From Octopus vulgaris (Eukaryota), in contig OX597836.1 in assembly GCA_951406725.2 (NCBI GenBank), forward strand, positions 5,022,001 to 5,086,000: DNA of 64,000 nt, written 5' to 3'. Position numbers and translations under genes: made by a program. The stretch's first letter is position 1, and every line of letters starts with the position of its first letter. A model generated the notes under the pieces. That model was not told the DNA's origin. It searched no databases and saw only the letters and a list, made by a program, of their open reading frames with translations. Positions 42,528 through 61,170 of this stretch are shown piece after piece.

Positions 42528-42585
<58 letters not shown>

Positions 42586-42756
42586 GGATGATGATGATGA
42601 TGATGATAAAATATTAGGATGGGTAATCTAGAAAACAATATAAAAAGATAGAACAGCCAATATATCCAGAGAAGTTGTCCTGTGAAGACTTCAAGGAATC
42701 CGAGAAATACAAACTAAATTATTCTTAATCTACGCCCTTATCAAATTATATACAAA

Positions 42757-43100
42757 GGCGCAGGCGTGGCTGAGTGGTAAGAAGTTTGCTTCCCAAGCAC
42801 ATTGTTCCCAAGCACATCGGTCCCACTGCGTGGTACCTTGAGTGGTAATGTATCCTAATAGGGCTCGGGCTGACCAAAACCTTGTGAATGTGTGTGTGTT
42901 CCGTGTGCGTGTCTGTGTCTGTTCCATCGCCATATCTTGATAACCTATGCTGGTGTTTTTACGTCTCGAAACTTAGCGGTTTGGGTAAAGAAACCGATAC
43001 AATAAGTTCTAGGCTTACAAAGAATAAGCCCATGGGTCGATTTGTTCGCCTAAAGCCGGTGCTCCTGCATGGCCGCAGTCTGAAATAAGTAAAAGAATAA
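42757..43100 (+). mobile_element. SINE type B, internally deleted
   Basis: ggcgcaggcgtggctgagtggtaag..gtcccactgcgtggtaccttg..gccggtgctcctgcatggccgcagtc. Confidence 0.88.
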
Positions 43101-43551
43101 CAGAATATTAGAATGATTAATTCCCAGGTTTATCAGCAAATCGATTAACACGATTACAATCTCTTTGACGATACTTCTGCTAAATCAGGGTTGATATGGA
43201 TTAAAAGCGACAACAACGGCTGCAATAATCAGCCAGCAGGTTTCGAACTCATTACGAGCATCATCAGGAGAGGGAAACCGAAGGCCAGTAAGTTGATTCT
43301 CGGACTGGACTGCACGCCAAATAGCGAATCTATCTCAAATGATAGCTTATTGATTGACACGAGGCATGAATTGGTTACAAAATTGTGCTAATGCCGTAAT
43401 AAGAGCTACAAGGGTTAATTAATTGTGGGTTTACGAAATACATGTATCTTGTAAAAAAAAGAATGGTTTGAGATTGGGAGTAGAAACTATGACAAATTTG
43501 TAGTCAGAAAGTCTGAAGTCTGAAGATGAGTTCCTAAGAATGGTGATATCC

Positions 43552-43587
<36 letters not shown>

Positions 43588-44574
43588 ATGTATATATATA
43601 TATATAAGAAAAGAAGTGTTATAAGTGGTTTATAGCCTGATACACTAAACAAGCTTTTTTATGAATTACACCGGATTAGTTAAATCCATATATTGTACAT
43701 CAACTTTATATAGACATATGTGCGTGTGTGCGTGGGTGGGTGGGTGTGCAATGCAAAAGAAGAGAGTTAGAAATACATAGAATATATAGAAATCAATGGA
43801 GTAGACACAATACGATGTAGAGAGAATGAAAGAAAAAGTTTCCACGGAATATTATAGACGCATTTGATTCATGCTTAAAACAGTCAGAAATACGTGGAAT
43901 AAGATAAAAGTTATAGAAACAATAATAAATAGATAGTTATTTGGAACTAGAAGCGAAATGAAGTAGTTAGTAAGCTACCTGTAAAATTGTATGTGTTGTC
44001 AACAGAGGAAGATAAACGGATAAGGAATGTAGGCACAGGAAAAAACAATGTTATCAATATATATTTATGTGAAAAATAACAACTGTAGGCAGCCAAAATA
44101 TCTCGTAAAGAATAATTGAAAATTGATGGAAATAAGTAAAAACAGAAAGATATCAAAATCCTTATTTGCTATCATCGAAGAAATTAGATATTATACCAAG
44201 AATGAAATGACAAAGGCTGAAATATCAGGCTGTTGTAAGGAGAATTGGGTATTGTGAAGGGGCTAAAGTCTATGCTGGCAATGGTGCTACACGGTTCATG
44301 ATAAACAATGGCAACGGTTATATATATCAATTAGTTGGAAATAAATAAACGGGATGCAAATCAACACAGATACTTCATACCATTGGCTGGAAGTCTTTGG
44401 AGTCAATGGAGAATGGGAAAAATCATCATTGTAGCACAGGAACAAGATCTTCCCACCAGAATTCACTAAAATAATTTCTTAAGGCAAGACTACCTCAGAT
44501 TTCAGATAGCAAATATATCAGAAACATAGCAAAGGATATACCTCTGGGCGTTATTGAACTATGCAAAACAGCGA

Positions 44575-44845
44575 ATATTGCCCTGCGTGCTAAACTTTCT
44601 GCCAGCTCTCCGCCTTGCACAGATTGAAATATTCTTTTAAACTCTAGGCACAAGGGCCGATATTTTTGAGGAGTGGGGCCATTCAATTAGATCGACCATA
44701 GTACGAAACTGGTACTTAATTTATCGGCCCCCGAAAGTATGAAAGGCAAAGTCGACCTCGGTGGAATTTGAACTCAGAACGTAAAGACAAACGAAATACC
44801 CCGATGCATTTCGTCTGTTGAGCTAACTTTTCTGCCAGCTCGCCA
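44575..44845 (-). mobile_element. SINE type A plus an adjacent second head fragment
   Basis: gaaaggcaaagtcgacctcggtggaatttgaactcagaacgtaa; tctgccagctc at about 44600 and 44833. Confidence 0.88.
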
Positions 44846-45312
44846 CGTTTTTACGCCTAATATTGAGAGAGTCATGGGTGCTATTTCAGTTTTGCTGAGC
44901 TCCTCATTAAGCAATTGGTTGGTCCTCTAACCGCCTGGCTTACGTCAGTGTGTTCTGTTTCGTAATGGAACTTTACATAACGTTACTCAAGTTATACACG
45001 TTTCCTGAATGACAAGTGTCGTTAATGAGAAGGCGTGCTAATGAAGATGATACTAGTTAATGAGAAAACTTACTAATGAGAAAGCAGAATAATAGGAAAG
45101 AATAACGATGGACTTCAATGATGTTGATCACTCTGCTAAAAATAAATGGCCGAAATTATTCCTCCTCAAATCGAAACCCCCTACCCATCTACAAATTGGA
45201 ATGAAGACGATCAACCTACCTGTAAATGGGGTAGCGAATTCATTCGATTTGCTAGACATAACAGTCGAAATCTTCCCAAATTATATCACGCTTCGTCGCA
45301 ATTAATTAAGTG

Positions 45313-45354
<42 letters not shown>

Positions 45355-45835
45355 CGCTCACACGCTAGCGCACACATTGTATATGTATAAATGTATATAC
45401 ATAGAGATAGACATGTACGTATGGATATACATGCATGGACAAACACGCATACACATACACACACATAGTTTGCTTCATATTCGCTCATGGTAAGTCCGTT
45501 CCGCAGATCTGAAGCATTGTTTTTTTTCTCTTTTGTTAATAGGATTCCAACTGTTTCTCCTCACTTCTGGTTTTGTCCGAAAGAAAAAAAAAACAAACGA
45601 ATAAAGATTAAAACCAGATTCGTTGACAAACTCAGATACGCACCGGAACAAGTACCGCTAGAAATTTTGTACGGTATGTTCACCAACACCGTCTCACAAA
45701 GTTTATCAATTTAGAACGGGCACCAGACCAAATTTGCCCAGTCACGTTTGAGCTCAAATGTCAATACACAGAAAATAAACGGCAAGACATTTTGTTTAAT
45801 TATTCTGAAATTTGAAACCGTTATGATTATTATGA

Positions 45836-46036
45836 AGGCGGTGATCTGGCAGATCGGACAAAATGTTTCACTGCATTTCACCCGTCTGTACCTTCTAAGT
45901 ACAATTCTGCCGAGATCAACTTTATCATATATTTTCTTGGGGTGGGGGCATAAAATAAGTACCCATCAATTGCTGAGATTGATGTAATCAGCTTCCCCTC
46001 CCCTCAAATACGCTGGTTTAGTACCACAATTTGAAA
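45836..46036 (+). mobile_element. Decayed SINE type A
   Basis: ggcggtgatctggcaga..gatgtaatc..cccctcccctcaaat..gctggtttagtaccacaatttgaaac. Confidence 0.75.
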
Positions 46037-46703
46037 CTGTTCCTAAGCGTATGACATAAAAAAAAATATTACTTCTGTAGCAAACACACACAAAAGAAAA
46101 ACGCACTTTAGTTTAATTAATGAGACGTCAGGTTTAGTTAGAAAGTGAACGTTGAGTAGAAAAAAAAGAATACAGGATATTTCTTCTGCCATATTCCATG
46201 GTTTAGAAAGGAGAGTCAGAGTTTTATGTATAGCCTGTTGGAAGACATTTAGATATATGTTTATCATGCTTATAACAGATTTATTGATTGCTTCTTAGGA
46301 ATCTGTCTATTTACTTCACGATCAGCAGTGCCTCTTGTCGTCGTAGCCGAGAGGGTGACGAAATGCAGACATCTTTATCATTCCGATTAGCCAGAAAGTA
46401 TGCTTGCATTATCTTGTATAGGGACGTTATTTCTACTACTACTAGTACTACTAGTACTACTACTACAGCACACACAAAAAACACTAAACCAGGTACTTAT
46501 CGAAACTAATGTTTCAAACACATTTACCCACGAAATTGAATTACCAATAATTCATGACTGGAAATAAATGTAGTGCAAACATTGAATTACCAACTATTTG
46601 ACATGCGTCTTTGTTGGAATAATGCGATAGAATAGCATTTGCATTCTTTTAAAGTAAGATACACAAAAGACTGGACATTACGCAACACACACACACACAC
46701 ATA

Positions 46704-46880
46704 ACTGGCCTAGCGACCAGAGTGTAGCTCTCGTAATCGCAAGGTCGCGGATTCGAATTCTGGCCACGGCAGCGTGTTGTGTTCTTGAGCAAAACATTGC
46801 ACATTTTTCCAGTTCATTCACCTCTAAATGATTCACCCAGCGACAGATTCGCCTTCGTACCAGGTAGGGGGGGGGATCAT
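46704..46880 (+). mobile_element. SINE type C
   Basis: tggcctagcg..tcgtaatcgcaaggtcgcggattcgaattc..gcgtgttgtgttcttgagcaaaaca..cccagcgacaga. Confidence 0.7.
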
Positions 46881-47056
46881 GACCTGCTCTCGTCTAGCCA
46901 GTGGCTTCAAAAATTGCGATGCGCATTGTGGCCAGCGATGTATAATAGCATCCGATAGCTCGGCCGATAACTGGATTGAGACCGTCACATACGCACGCTT
47001 CGTCATAAATATGTTTATGTATATATACAAAAACCACGCGCACAATTACACACATC

Positions 47057-47087
<31 letters not shown>

Positions 47088-47500
47088 GTATGAAATTTGT
47101 TTATAGGGACCTCAAATTAATGTACTGTATATGAAAGTATCATATAGTCTGTCATAAAAATTTACGATAACAATTTAAGATGTAACATTGAAGAAAGAAA
47201 GTCGGATATGCTTTTTCGAAACTGTCACTGCTTTCTCATGCAATGATCAAACAGTCTTCGATTTATGTACATATAAAGTTCGAACTTACAATGATTACCT
47301 CGTATATGGAAGATAAGGACAATCCGTTACAAAGTTTCAGAATCTGATACGCACGAAATTCAGAAAACACTCCCAATATATGTTGTTGTATTTCGGAATG
47401 GTCATGTTGCCAGTTTAGCCAATAGAAACACACGCACTATATATTTGGTGTTAATTTGCTTCAGCTTTATTTATTTTTTACATTAATCTTAATCTTATTT

Positions 47501-47546
47501 AGGCCAGAATTCTTTCGTCACACGTCTGTGACCTCATCGGTGGTCC
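47501..47546 (-). ncRNA. Degenerate minimal type I hammerhead ribozyme motif (Penelope-like)
   Basis: Minus strand GGACCA CCGAUGA G GUCACA-GACG-UGUGAC GAAA GAAU UC UGGCCU: perfect 6-bp stem II, GAAA, UH site and imperfect stem I; core reads CCGAUGA rather than CUGAUGA. Confidence 0.55.
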
Positions 47547-47922
47547 TTTGCTTTCTTCTTTCTTATTTGTGTGTCTCTAATTACTAACGGTCAGCCATTT
47601 TGTATTTTGTATTCCTATTGTATGTGTCTTTATTTGCGCATGCATATACCCCTATGTGTGTCTAAGTTTAATTAGTGTGTGTGTGGGGGGACACATACGA
47701 TTTCACATCAAGGATCATGCAAAACAAATATATAAACGTAACTCCCATTATAATCTTTGCTAAAATAAACTTAGTACTCTACATCAATGTATTGAGGCAT
47801 TGTTTATTATGTGTTGAACAGTTTTTTATGTGTAAGTTAGTATATCAAAATGAGTTAACATAAGCAAACATCTATCCACATATCCACACCCATACATTCG
47901 TACACAAACGCAGTCAAATAAC

Positions 47923-48232
47923 TGGTACTCTGTCCGTTACGACGTCAGGTGTTTCGGTTGATCAGATCAACGGAACAGAGTACTCGGGAAATTAACGTGC
48001 AAGTGGCTGAGTACTCCACAGACACATATCCCCTTAACGTAGTTCTCAGGGATTTCCAGTGAGAATCAGAATGTGACAAGGTTGGACCTTTGAGTTACAG
48101 GTACAACACATTCTTGCCAGCATGATTGGACTCTAGAAAAGTGAGGTAAATTGCCTTGTTGAAAACCACAACCCACCACCAGGAATCGAACTCACGATCC
48201 TACGATTATAATCCGAGTGCCGTAACTACTAA
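47923..48232 (-). mobile_element. SINE type D (type C-like head)
   Basis: gatcaacggaacag..ttaacgtgcaagtggctgagtactccacagacac..gtgacaagg..caggtacaac; head ggaatcgaactcacgatcctacg. Confidence 0.85.
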
Positions 48233-49111
48233 GATTCTCTGATTCCTCAAACATGGCCACAGTAGATGAACTTTTGCTTTTTTCACATATTGTAACACCT
48301 ATTCATCTGTCCTATGATCCTTGTATGTATGTATGTATGTATGTATGTATGTATGTATGCATGTATGCATGTGTGTGTGTATGTGTATGTATGTATGTAT
48401 GGATGGATGGATGGATGGATGTTTATTTTTGTGTCATGTTCCAATAGAAATGTCGAATTCAACTGAAGAATTACGCAAGACTCTCATTGTCATATTTATT
48501 ATACGTTACAAGAATATGGTTGACAGTTGTTAGACGTTTCGGATTGACAGCCTTCGTCGAATTGTTTTACGAAAGATGGTAGGCCGAAACTTGGAACTCA
48601 CCGTCATCTTCCTCCTTGTAAACGTAAACACCCACACATACACACACGCACACACACACACACACATATTCATATAGATACTGTGAATATATATACCTAC
48701 ATATGTATATATGGATAGATAGATAAAGTTTCAGTTATTTCAGGAGAATTAAACATGAAGAAAAGAAAAGGGGGAAAATCAGTGTGGATGGAGGTGGTTG
48801 AATCGGTGAAGAGCGCTGATTTCCCTGAAGTGAATATCTTAAATATAGCATTGAAATAAAATGGAAAGCGATCATTGATAATTGAGAATTAATTTTGCTA
48901 TTTAAGTTTCCGAAATGAAATTTCATTATGTAACTGAAACTATTCAAGAATTTTTGGGAAATAAAGGTCAAATATAGTCAGAGGTATATCTTTAAAAGGT
49001 CATGTTAGAATGTGTATGATTAAAATGGTCTTTCGAGTTTTACTATTTTGAAGTTCAGCATTAAAAGAAATATTTTTATATGAACATTAGTAGACGCACA
49101 TAACCTCGTCA

Positions 49112-49447
49112 TGGCACTCCGTCGGTTACGACGACGCGGGTTCCAATTCATCCGATCAACGGAATAGCCTGCTCATTTATTAACGTGCAAGTGGCTGAGC
49201 ACTCCACAGACACGTGTTCCCTTAACCTAGTTCTCGGGGAGATTCAGCGTGACACAGAGTGTGACAAGGCTGGCCTCTTTGAAATACAGATACAACAGAA
49301 ACAGGAAGAAATAGTGAGAGAATGTTATGGTGAAAGAGCACAGCAGGGTTCACGACCATCCCCAGTCCACAGCGACCGGCCCTGGAAGCTAATCCGCGAT
49401 TCTACAACCGCGAGTCCACTGCCCTAACCATTGAGCCATTGCGCCTT
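49112..49447 (-). mobile_element. SINE type D
   Basis: Same body as 47923 and 51420; tRNA-like head gaaggcgcaatggctcaatggttagggcagtggactcgcgg on the minus strand. Confidence 0.88.
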
Positions 49448-49741
49448 CAAAAGGGTACATATACATAGAGAGAAAAGCATAGAAATAGATATATAGAATA
49501 TGCACCAAAAGTTAGAATGTTCATTATGTGACCTCGATGACACAGGTTCGATATCGTTATTTAAGATCTAGAGCAAGTGTCATTTCTTTTAATCTCAACA
49601 TGACCCATATGCCAATAAATTAAATTGGTTAGAGGAAAAGTGTATAGTAGTCAAATGGATAGATTTTATCAGTAATTCGTGGATGTAACCATGTCATATA
49701 TTTTATCACACTGATTCCACAAGAGAATTAGTTTCAATGCA

Positions 49742-50106
49742 CGAGGGTGAGTCAAAAAGTAATGCCATTTTGTTTAGGACAGGTATAATTACCGACACAG
49801 GAATATGTATCCTACATCAAAATGAAGCTGGTCCTCTGTGGATCACATTCCTACTTCTCAACATAGTCACCGTTTCTCTCAATAGCAATGTTCCAACTTC
49901 GAATGAGAGCATGTATCCCTGCCTTGGAAAATTATGTTGACTGTTCTTTGAGCCACTTCTTCCCTACCACTACACTCACCAGATTTAGTGCCTTCAGACT
50001 ATCCACTCTTCGGTACCACAAAAGAGGGTTTGAGAGGCAAATATTATTCCAGAAACGAGGAAGTGAAAACTGTGGTGAAGAAGTGTCTCAAAGAACAGTC
50101 AACATA
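49742..50106. mobile_element. Rearranged (fold-back) mariner transposon remnant
   Basis: TIR-like cgagggtgagtcaaaaagtaatgcc; minus strand KKWLKEQST*FSKAGIHALIRSWNIAIERNGDYVEK*; plus strand HSPDLVPSDYPLFGTTKEGLRGKYYSRNEEVKTVVKKCLKEQS (YSPDLAPSD motif). Confidence 0.9.
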
Positions 50107-50926
50107 TACGCACACAAATTTATATGTGCGGGCACGCACAGACATACACACACACACACACACACACATGTATACGTACATACTCACAAGCATGTGCTCA
50201 CATCCAAGAATCAAAGTACTAATAACGATTTATTTTAACATTTCTAGGATTAATACGCCGAAATAATTTATTTTAAGCACTCCTGCGTCTCCAAGTGTTT
50301 GTGCTTTATCTGGAGTGTATGTTAGAATCCCAGCAATACAATCGGTTAATCTTCTCAAAACAATCTGGTTATTTGCCGCTTGTGCCCACACGCTGCGCAA
50401 ATCCGAATTACGAGTGGTTCCTCGCGATACGAAAGAAGTGTAATGAGCCAAGTTTATCAACCATTTCAATCAACCAACGAAATACCGATACCGTTATAAC
50501 ACCTGAGCACGTGATACCTGAGGATAAAACAGTGGAACAGTTGGATATGATATTAATAAAACTGACAAAATGCTATGGAACACCTGCACATGCTATTACA
50601 GAAATGATGCGATAAATTTGATAAAGAAATACCAGGGAAGCATTCCCCGGGGATTCCGTTTGTGTGAGGAATACAGAGATAAGTTGGGAAGCAGCATATA
50701 TAATGAAGAGAGCTGAAATAGAATGTTTAATACATTCAAATTATCTCAGTAATAGAAAATAAATCATAAGGATTAATAATTAAGATATGGTACATAAAAA
50801 TGAGATTATACAACAGTATACAAAAGTGATTTAAATGGTTTAAAAACTGATTAATTGGTCGTGGACAGAAAGTAAAATTTGCGGAAGAACGTCAGAGAGA
50901 ATAACGTTAGATGTTCGTATTCGTTA

Positions 50927-50983
50927 GGTGGTGCCCCAGCATGGCCGCGGCCTTCGGGCTGAAGCATTTTTAAGGATTTAAGG
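50927..50983 (+). mobile_element. Isolated CR1/L2-type 3' tail
   Basis: ggtggtgccccagcatggccgcggccttcgggctgaa followed by short (tttaagga) repeats; homologous to the 31760 LINE tail. Confidence 0.6.
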
Positions 50984-51280
50984 AACAGAACTGGTGTCTT
51001 GAACTACAATTCAAAATTATCAATGTGAGAGTTTGGTAATTACATTTTGTATGAAAAAAAAAACGTGGATTTAAGTAAAATGGTCTTCTGCTATTTAGAA
51101 GCATCTATATAAAATTTGTATTCCAATGGAATACGGTGCGAATTAAGTCATAGAACAGACAATTATTAGCATGGAGTTTAGAGAAGCGTAACTTGGAGGA
51201 TTGGCAGAAATGTTCGAGTGGAACGAAATAAGATTCATGTTGATTTACGATTTTTGCCATTCATACTTCTTTGTGCTTAA

Positions 51281-51594
51281 GCTGCATGGCTTGGTGGTTA
51301 TTGTCTTCGGTCAGCGATCTTAGGGTTCAGATTTCGATTCCCGGCGGCGCATCGAATCTTTGAGCAAGGTATTTCATTTGGCGTCGCCCCAGTCTACTCA
51401 GCTGGCAAAAATGAGAAGTACCTGTATTTCAAAGGGCCAGCCTTGTCACACTGCGTCACACTCAACCACCCCAAGAACTGCGTTACGTGTACACGTGTCT
51501 GTGGAGTACTCAGCCACTTGCACGTTAATTTCACAAGCAGGCTGTTCTATTGATCGGATCAACTAGAACCCTCGTCGTCGTAAACGACGGGGTG

Positions 51595-51597
<3 letters not shown>
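51281..51597 (+). mobile_element. SINE with type C head and type D body
   Basis: gcatggcttggtggtta..tttcgattccc..ttgagcaaggtatttcatt..ctcagctggcaaaaatgag, then gtacctgtatttcaaagggccagccttgtcac..cagccacttgcacgttaa. Confidence 0.88.
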
Positions 51598-51654
<57 letters not shown>

Positions 51655-51968
51655 ATATACTTTGATACTTTGATACTTTGATAGGTTTCGGCCATTATTG
51701 GCCCAGGCCATGTCTAACTTAATAGCACCACCTGGTAATATATATATATTGTTGAATTTTCTGCTGCTTAAAATAAAGCATATTACTCTACCACTGGTAT
51801 TTGAGTACTCTTTTTTCCACCTTGTTTCACATTTATGTGTTTACTCCGGTCTATATATATATATATATATATATGTATGAGAGGGAACATCACTATGTGG
51901 ACATCATTATGCTAGGTGTAGATCCGCTACATATATAGAGAGAGTCGCACACCTACGCATACACGCAT

Positions 51969-52008
<40 letters not shown>

Positions 52009-52020
52009 TGTGTGTGTGTA

Positions 52021-52086
<66 letters not shown>

Positions 52087-52108
52087 TGTGTGTGTATATA
52101 TGTATATA

Positions 52109-52156
<48 letters not shown>

Positions 52157-52180
52157 TGTGTGTGTGTATATATGTATATA

Positions 52181-52222
<42 letters not shown>

Positions 52223-52522
52223 TGTGTGTGTGTGTGTGTGTATAAATGAATGAGAATTATTGTGTAAGGCTGGAACAAGGCGAGATGTAGAATAAACTAC
52301 AAAAGGAAAGGAAACAAACAAGCTTTTGTCTTAATTTATATTTCTATATTTCGGGGCTATGACTCCTTCTTCAGGACAGGCGAGTGATGGAAAATGCCAC
52401 TGCTGACCTGTATGGCGAGGAAGGAGAAGAAAATGGGCAAGTAACATATACACACTGGTGTTGCATTAGTAATCAGTCTGCCCCCTGTAGTTCTTTCCAG
52501 TTATTTATGATTGTTCATAATT

Positions 52523-52660
<138 letters not shown>

Positions 52661-53074
52661 ATACATACACATACATGTATATCTTTTTATATACATACTG
52701 AAAAAATATGTTTTTCCAGAGGAAATGAAGAATAAAGAATTTAAAAATAAACCTGGAAATGCTTTCTATGAAAAATTACTTTATAGAAATTCATATATAA
52801 TTACTTTGCCGATTTCCGCAAATGTTTTCGATTTTCAAAAGTAATATATTTTGAAGAATTTTATCGCAGGTGTTTTGTGTAGCAGATTGTCTCATGAACA
52901 TTTTTTAATAACGTGTTATATGTTTTTTTTATTTTAAACATTATTGTAGTTACGTCAAATTACGTGTTAGCTGTTCGGTCTGAAGGAATCTGTTAGTAAA
53001 TCCTTTATTTCTGTCAGTATTTAATTTGGAATTCGGATTTTCTTGTTGGTCAATGGTTACAGTTGTCTCCGTTA

Positions 53075-53200
53075 TTTTCTCGGAACTTTGCCTTTCTCCT
53101 TTCGGGAGTCGATAGAATTTGAACGCGTGGAGCGCTGGTGTGGATGTCATCGCTTGATTCCTTCCCCGAAACTGCTGGACTTGTGTCAAAATTTGAAACC
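53075..53200 (+). mobile_element. SINE type A 3' fragment
   Basis: actttgcctttctcctttcgggagtcgata..gctggacttgtgtcaaaatttgaaacc. Confidence 0.75.
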
Positions 53201-54321
53201 GATCTATTGCTATAGCTTCTTAAGTTGTTATTTTGAAATAACTTTGAAATACAGGTACTTCTCATTTTTGCCAGCTGAGAGGACTGGTGCGACGCCAAAT
53301 AAAATACCTTGCTCAAAGATTCGATGCGCCGCCGGGAATCGAAATCTGAACCCTAAGATCGCTGGCCGAAGACAATAACCACCAAGCCATGCAGCTTAAG
53401 CACAAAGAAGTATGAATGGCAAAAATCGTAAATCAACATGAATCTTATCAATATATTCTTTACATTTATTTGTATATGATCTGTATTTTTATAAGAACAT
53501 CGAAAGTATGAGAAGACTATGTACTTCGGGTTGTCGTTTGTTGCATATATCTCTAAGTGTTCAACCAGAGTACACTTTCTAGTATTACCATCTCGAATTT
53601 GTTGTCCGTGAATAGTGATTCTGGTTTTTAAAGAATTGTTTTTCCTATGTTAAAATTTGTTGCAAATTTATATCTTCGTTCTACATGAATATATTCTTCG
53701 TACCAGGATAAATGGAATATTTGCTTTGGTGAACACTGTGCATCGCCTTTGTCAACCACTGGCTTGATCCAGTTTAGAATCCATCTCGAAATTGAGATTA
53801 GCATGCCACTAGTAAAACCACAGTTTAATTAGTTTAAGAGCAATTATTAACATAATGCTGTACACATCCTCACCAAATATCCAGGGAGTCATTTGTGTAT
53901 AATTAAAATTTCTTGAGTTCTATTTCGTTTATTAACAAAATTATTAACTTCAATTAACCTCGCTTTGGAGATTTCAATCAAATCGTGTTCCAATTATATT
54001 GGTTTGTGCGAAAGCGAAGCTGAATCCGCTAAAATACACACACACATACACACATAAATATACACATATGCATGCATATATACGCAAGTACACACACAAA
54101 TCTAGAGATATGTATGGGTGTTTGTGTGTGTGTATGTGTGTGTGAGTGCGTGCTATGAATGTTTAAGAAGATTGTTTCGTAACAACATTCGGTTTCGGGA
54201 TAAGCAATACCGCGAGGGTGAAACTTGGAGAGGGTAAATGTGCGTGAAATTCAATCAATCTATCTATCTGTCTGTCAGTCTGTCAGTCTGTCTTTCTGTC
54301 TGTCTGCCTGTTTATCCATCC

Positions 54322-54389
<68 letters not shown>

Positions 54390-54509
54390 CTAACGACGTT
54401 CTCGGTCAGAATCTGGGAGTTGATGAGGAACACATAACCCGCCTGTTAGAGGCAACTTTCGGGCCGGGACCTATTTATCTATCTGTCTGTGTATCTATTT
54501 ATCTATATC

Positions 54510-54635
54510 CGCTCAGGTCGATTTAGCCTTCCATCATTTCGGATTCGATAAAATAAGTAGAGGTGAAGTACTGGAATCGATGCAGTCGACCTTACCCCTT
54601 CTTCGAAATTGCAGTTCTTGTGCCAAAATTCTTGA
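54510..54635 (+). mobile_element. SINE type A 3' fragment
   Basis: aggtcgatttagccttccatcatttcggattcgataaaataagta..cttgtgccaaaatt. Confidence 0.75.
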
Positions 54636-54899
54636 ACAAAAATGATTGTCAAATTATGAACAATGAGAGTTAAATAAGGCTGGACGGCCAGGGTTGGAGT
54701 AGCAATTGCGATTATTGTTTTGTTCGATGGCGACTGTGGTGGTGGATGAGCGATAAGATACGATCTCTTTAGCAGCTGCTTGATAACCATAAAATGGAAT
54801 ATCAACGTTTTACCATGATACTGTTGATAGTCTTAAGTATAATGAGGATTGTTGCTCTTTTGATGAACACATGCGTGTAAATGAGTACGTAGATGGATA

Positions 54900-60600
<5,701 letters not shown>

Positions 60601-60744
60601 TTATTGTGTTATAGAAATACTGAACAACAAATGAGTTGGGAATAAATGAGATGAGAGCGGCGTGCATGACATTAGGAATTGATCGCCATCTTGCATGAAT
60701 GATAGCGCACAACACAAAGGCACAATAATATATATGCTGAGATG

Positions 60745-60877
60745 ACTCCTTTCCAACCCTATGGCTTCGGGGTTGAGTGACACTGAAAGGCTATGAGGGC
60801 AAGCGTCATGAACTATGACTTCAGACCGATCAGAATTTGTGGATTTGCTAAACGGAAACTGAAAGAAACCCGTCGTG
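60745..60877 (+). mobile_element. SINE type B 5' half (decayed)
   Basis: ccaaccctatggcttcggggttgagtgacactg..gtggatttgctaaacggaaactgaaagaaacccgtcgt. Confidence 0.75.
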
Positions 60878-60879
60878 TA

Positions 60880-61088
60880 TTCTTTTATTCTTTTACTTGT
60901 TTCAGTCATTTGACTGCGGCCATGCTGGAGCACCGCCTTTAGTCGAGCAAATCGACCCCGGGACTTATTCTTTGTAAGCCCAGTACTTATTCTATCGGCC
61001 TCTTTTGCCGAACCGCTAGGTGACGGAGACGTAAACACACCAGCATCGGTTGTCAAGCAATGCTAGGGGTCAAACACAGACATACACA

Positions 61089-61170
<82 letters not shown>

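Noticed and set aside
50295-50615. 106-aa non-repetitive ORF
   Set aside because: No recognisable domain or splice signals; at most a decayed LINE piece upstream of the 50927 tail
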